A program made the position numbers and the translations under genes. The notes under the pieces were generated by a model, which worked only from the letters and a program-made list of their open reading frames with translations, ran no database searches and was not told where the DNA came from. From NCBI GenBank assembly GCA_965285935.1, contig OZ260667.1, forward strand, positions 25,978,001 to 26,042,000: DNA of 64,000 bases, given 5' to 3'. This DNA is from Ophelia neglecta (taxonomy: Eukaryota). Below, piece after piece: positions 60,560 to 64,000 of the stretch (the first letter of the stretch is position 1; each line of letters opens with the position of its first letter).

Positions 60560-61285
60560 TATGGTCGTCTGCTAGGGATTCCTTCTAGCGGGAGAGTAGG
60601 AATACCTACTTCTCGACTCGACAAGTAAATATCTTTTCTCCAGCCAATCTTCTCTGCGACTGACTCAATAAGCTTTTAACATGGCGTCGATCGGTCACAC
60701 CATTAAAGGAAATTGCAACACCAGAGATTCTGAAATTGGGATAGGACCGTTTATCACTATGATTGAGACCAAACACTTAACTTTTTCCGCAGTGTGAGAC
60801 CAAGACACTATCCATGCGTCTTCAAAAAGTAAGATATTCCTGCTGCTGAAAACGATCTTACCAAATTTACCTTAACCCTGCAACAGCAAAAGGGTTCTTT
60901 TTCCGTATAGTATACTTCATTAATGCGCAAGTGTACTCTCATTCAGGTAAATTCGTAATAGTTTACAGTTAATATGCTGACTGCACGCACGTCGGCTCCG
61001 TATGTTTCGTAAACAAGCGTCTTAAATGTCATAAAGGCTGAATACTGTTATTTGATGTGAAGCATGCCGATGATAATGGTAATAGGGGAGATACAATGTA
61101 TATAACAATATAGTTAATATGAAAGTCTTATGGATGCTCCACCGATGATTCCATGTATCTGTTGTCGGAAATTTCCCTGACGTCCTAGGAGATCACATCG
61201 ATATTGGGTGAGGTTGGTCCTATTCACATATAAGCAATGCCTTAATCCTTTTCCCTTAACCACACTCGTACATGCCGCTAGTAGA

Positions 61286-61314
61286 CTGACTGACACTAAT
61301 TTGACAGAGCCAGT
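61286..61314 (-). promoter_or_regulatory. Conserved non-coding block B upstream of paralog 2
   Basis: 27/29 identity to 24323..24351. The minus strand contains TCAGTC (Inr-like) and a TAAT core. Confidence 0.7.
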
Positions 61315-61398
61315 GGTGCACCGTCACGCGGAGCATTACCGCGAGCGGCCACTCGCAGGTATCGGCAACAGTCCTGCTCCAGCAGCCGCTAAGCGCTG

Positions 61399-61476
61399 CC
61401 AATTGATTTTCATTATCCAAATTATGGTTATATTAGCAAGTGAGAAGAGATGAATGGTAAACGGAAAAAGATCGAT
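61399..61476 (-). promoter_or_regulatory. Conserved non-coding block A upstream of paralog 2
   Basis: 64/78 ungapped identity to 24468..24545. Confidence 0.75.
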
Positions 61477-63230
61477 CGCCGCCAAAGTGCAGGAAATGTG
61501 GTTAACAAAGATGCCGTTAGCGTGTCGCAGGGATGTCAAAAATGCTTGATGGCTCAGTGCATTCCGAAGATATTAAAATACAACTTGTGATGCCAAGTAG
61601 ATTTATTATATTACACTTTAAATTGCTAACAATCAACAGGCATATTCTGGATGATTGTGATTAAAAAAAGACAATCCATAGGTCCTTGAAGGGACGAAAA
61701 CATGCAGTTACATATTTGGTGGAAAATAAATATGATGCTAATATTCAAACCAGATTTTAAAACATCAATTAAGGCAAAGAAATCATAAATCGGACAGAAC
61801 CAGCGAAAATCCGAAAGCAGGTTAGGTAGACTTGACAGGAAAAAATGATGGGCATCTCTTAATTTTTTACTATAGCCACGTGGGGATGAAGAACCTTCTC
61901 CGAAAGCAAGCTTCGTTTTCCTTTTGTGACGTCATACTTTCCATAGATATGATGACGAAATGAAAACGCGGGTGGCTTTTTCATGGAAATTGCCTAGAGG
62001 TGCAAAAAAAATATTTTTCACGACAGAATGTTGCAATTTGTTTTTGCACCAAAAACATCCAAAATTTACACTCTATCATAAGGATGAATTTTCATAGAAT
62101 ATAGAGTTCAGAATATGACAATGAAAATGAACAAATCATAATTTCAAAAAAATTGGACAAAAATGCGGTAAACCCAGCATTAAAGTTAGCGCTACGGTAT
62201 TTTTTTATTGGTTTCCAATCTTAGCCTGGAAGAATGTATATGGCGGTTTTTTTTCTGCAGGGCAACTCAGTAATATGTTTCCAAAGTTAAAGGTCGACTG
62301 TTCGGAGTGTTCTCTTTTAGTTTAACGGACGAAACACTATAGACAACCCCAACCCCCAAATATAAAGTAAGTGGTTGATATCATGGCCAATATGTGACAC
62401 TACTGCGTTGGCAAATTAAATCTATATGGTTCAACAGCTATACTAAATATTTTGTTCAAAATTACACTTGCTCTCTAATAATTAAAATATGGCTTAGAAT
62501 AGAACAGTGGATTTGCATGACATGACTTGGTTCGTAGCTTTCAATGGTCAGGAATGTGCTCCTTTCATTCTAAGGCAGTAGTTTTTATAATTTTTAAATA
62601 ATGATCTTTAATTAAACGCTTGAAAACAAGTCTCTCGTTGCCTAGTGTCACATATCATGGTTTCTAGCGGATGGGTAACAAGTCTTGAGGTACCCTGTAT
62701 GGTATGGAATGAATACCATACCTATTTTTGTGTTTCTGATGAGGAGTTGCGTCACTTTATCACCCTGGATTTGGTACTGTACCAGTTTCTAAACACAGTC
62801 AGCTGCAAATGTTGTGATTCTGCAATAAAAGAGAAAAAGGTACACGATTAGATCGTTTTTTTATTTATGGGTATATTGAGCGGTGGACAGACCCACATGT
62901 GGATGTTACTGAGCAATTTATGGTTTCATCAAGCGACTGAGATTAGTTTGAATGAAGTTTTTTGCCATAAAATAGACGAGGCAGGTTGGGTGGTTATCTC
63001 TATATTGCCCCGATGGCACAGTTAACTAGGATGGCTTCGGATGGGAACGATTGACAAAGTTGTAAAAGGACAATAGGTTGCTACCATGCCTGGTTCGTTA
63101 CTATATCTACTAAGACATTAATATATTGTGGGCAATACTTTTAGCAGAGCATATGGTGTTTTGACGTACACACGGATATTTGAGGTGCAGACATTTTGCG
63201 CCCTTAACATCAGACTTACGGTACAAACTA

Positions 63231-64000
63231 TTATTATCTTTGCCCCCCTATGGGGGCAAAGATTATGTTTTTTGTCATGTCTGTGTGTCCGTCTGTCTGT
63301 CCGTCTGTCTGTCTGTCTGTGCATCTGTCTGCAAGATATCTCAAGAATCACTTGGCCGATTTCGATGAAATTTGGTGAGAACCTAGAATAGGTCAATGGC
63401 TCGAGGCCATTACCTTTTGGTTGACCTACTTCCAAAATTTAGGTCACACCGTGACCTTGAAAATTTCAAATGGCTATATCTCAGCTGTTTACTGACCGAT
63501 TTCCGCAAAATTTGGCACGAATGTAGTTAGTCAGAAAGTCTTCTGACCAAAATTATCTAATTGACCTACTTTTAAAATCAAGGTCAAACCGTGACATTGA
63601 AAATTTTAAATGGCTATATCTCAGCTGTTTACTGGCCGATTTCCGCAAAATTTGACACGGATGTAGCCAGTTAGAAAGTCTTCTGACCAAAATTAACTAA
63701 TTGACCTACTTTTAAAATCAAGGTCAAACCGTGACATTGAAAATTTTAAATGGCTATATCTCAGCTGTTTACTGGCCGATTTCCGCAAAATTTTGCACGA
63801 ATGTAGTTAGTCAGAAAGTCTTCTGACCAAAATTATCTAATTGACCTACTTTTAAAATCAAGGTCAAACCGTGACATTGAAAATTTTAAATGGCTATATC
63901 TCAGCTGTTTACTGGCCGATTTCCGCAAAATTTGGCACGGATGTAGCCAGTTAGAAAGTCTTCTGACCAAAATTAACTAATTGACCTACTTTTAAAATCA
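63231..64000 (+). mobile_element. Non-autonomous Helentron-associated (HINE/DINE-1/pearl-like) element with internal satellite, truncated by the window edge
   Basis: 12-bp-stem hairpin ATCTTTGCCCCC-ctat-GGGGGCAAAGAT (63236..63263), then a (GTCY)n microsatellite (~63278..63330), then a tandem 140-bp array. This is the known modular layout of such elements. Confidence 0.75.
63421..64000. repeat. 140-bp tandem satellite, at least 4 units, alternating A/B variants
   Basis: TTGACCTACT starts at 63421, 63561, 63701, 63841 and 63981. Confidence 0.97.

Noticed and set aside
61336-61539. Conserved block A as a coding ORF (WIMKINW in the same frame in both paralogs)
   Set aside because: The paralog 1 copy has an in-frame TAA, many differences are non-synonymous, and similarity ends right after MKINW. 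DNA-level regulatory constraint explains it better.
63421-64000. Regular repeats as a CRISPR array
   Set aside because: The units are contiguous 140-bp copies with no unique spacers, there are no cas genes, and the context is eukaryotic.

Overview
AT-rich, intron-rich metazoan genomic DNA, not prokaryotic. The gene family and repeat types suggest a lophotrochozoan invertebrate such as an annelid or mollusc (inference). The window holds two complete, head-to-tail paralogous 9-exon genes on the minus strand, assembled by hand from GT/AG sites and reading-frame continuity: paralog 1 at 23847->3875 (~561 aa) and paralog 2 at 60559->43231 (~560 aa). Each encodes a type I membrane protein: signal peptide, SUEL/Gal_lectin-type domain, CUB-like domain, Sushi/CCP-like domain, short stalk, TM helix and a ~220-aa tail with conserved Tyr motifs. 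The signal exons lie 12-15 kb upstream of the rest of each gene, and both are preceded by the same two conserved non-coding blocks, a likely shared promoter. The paralogs differ at a short charge-reversed CUB segment and at an ITIM-like motif. The remainder is intronic or intergenic DNA with MITEs, minisatellites and a Helentron/HINE-type element carrying a 140-bp satellite with A/B higher-order alternation at the right edge. No rRNA, tRNA or CRISPR array was found.
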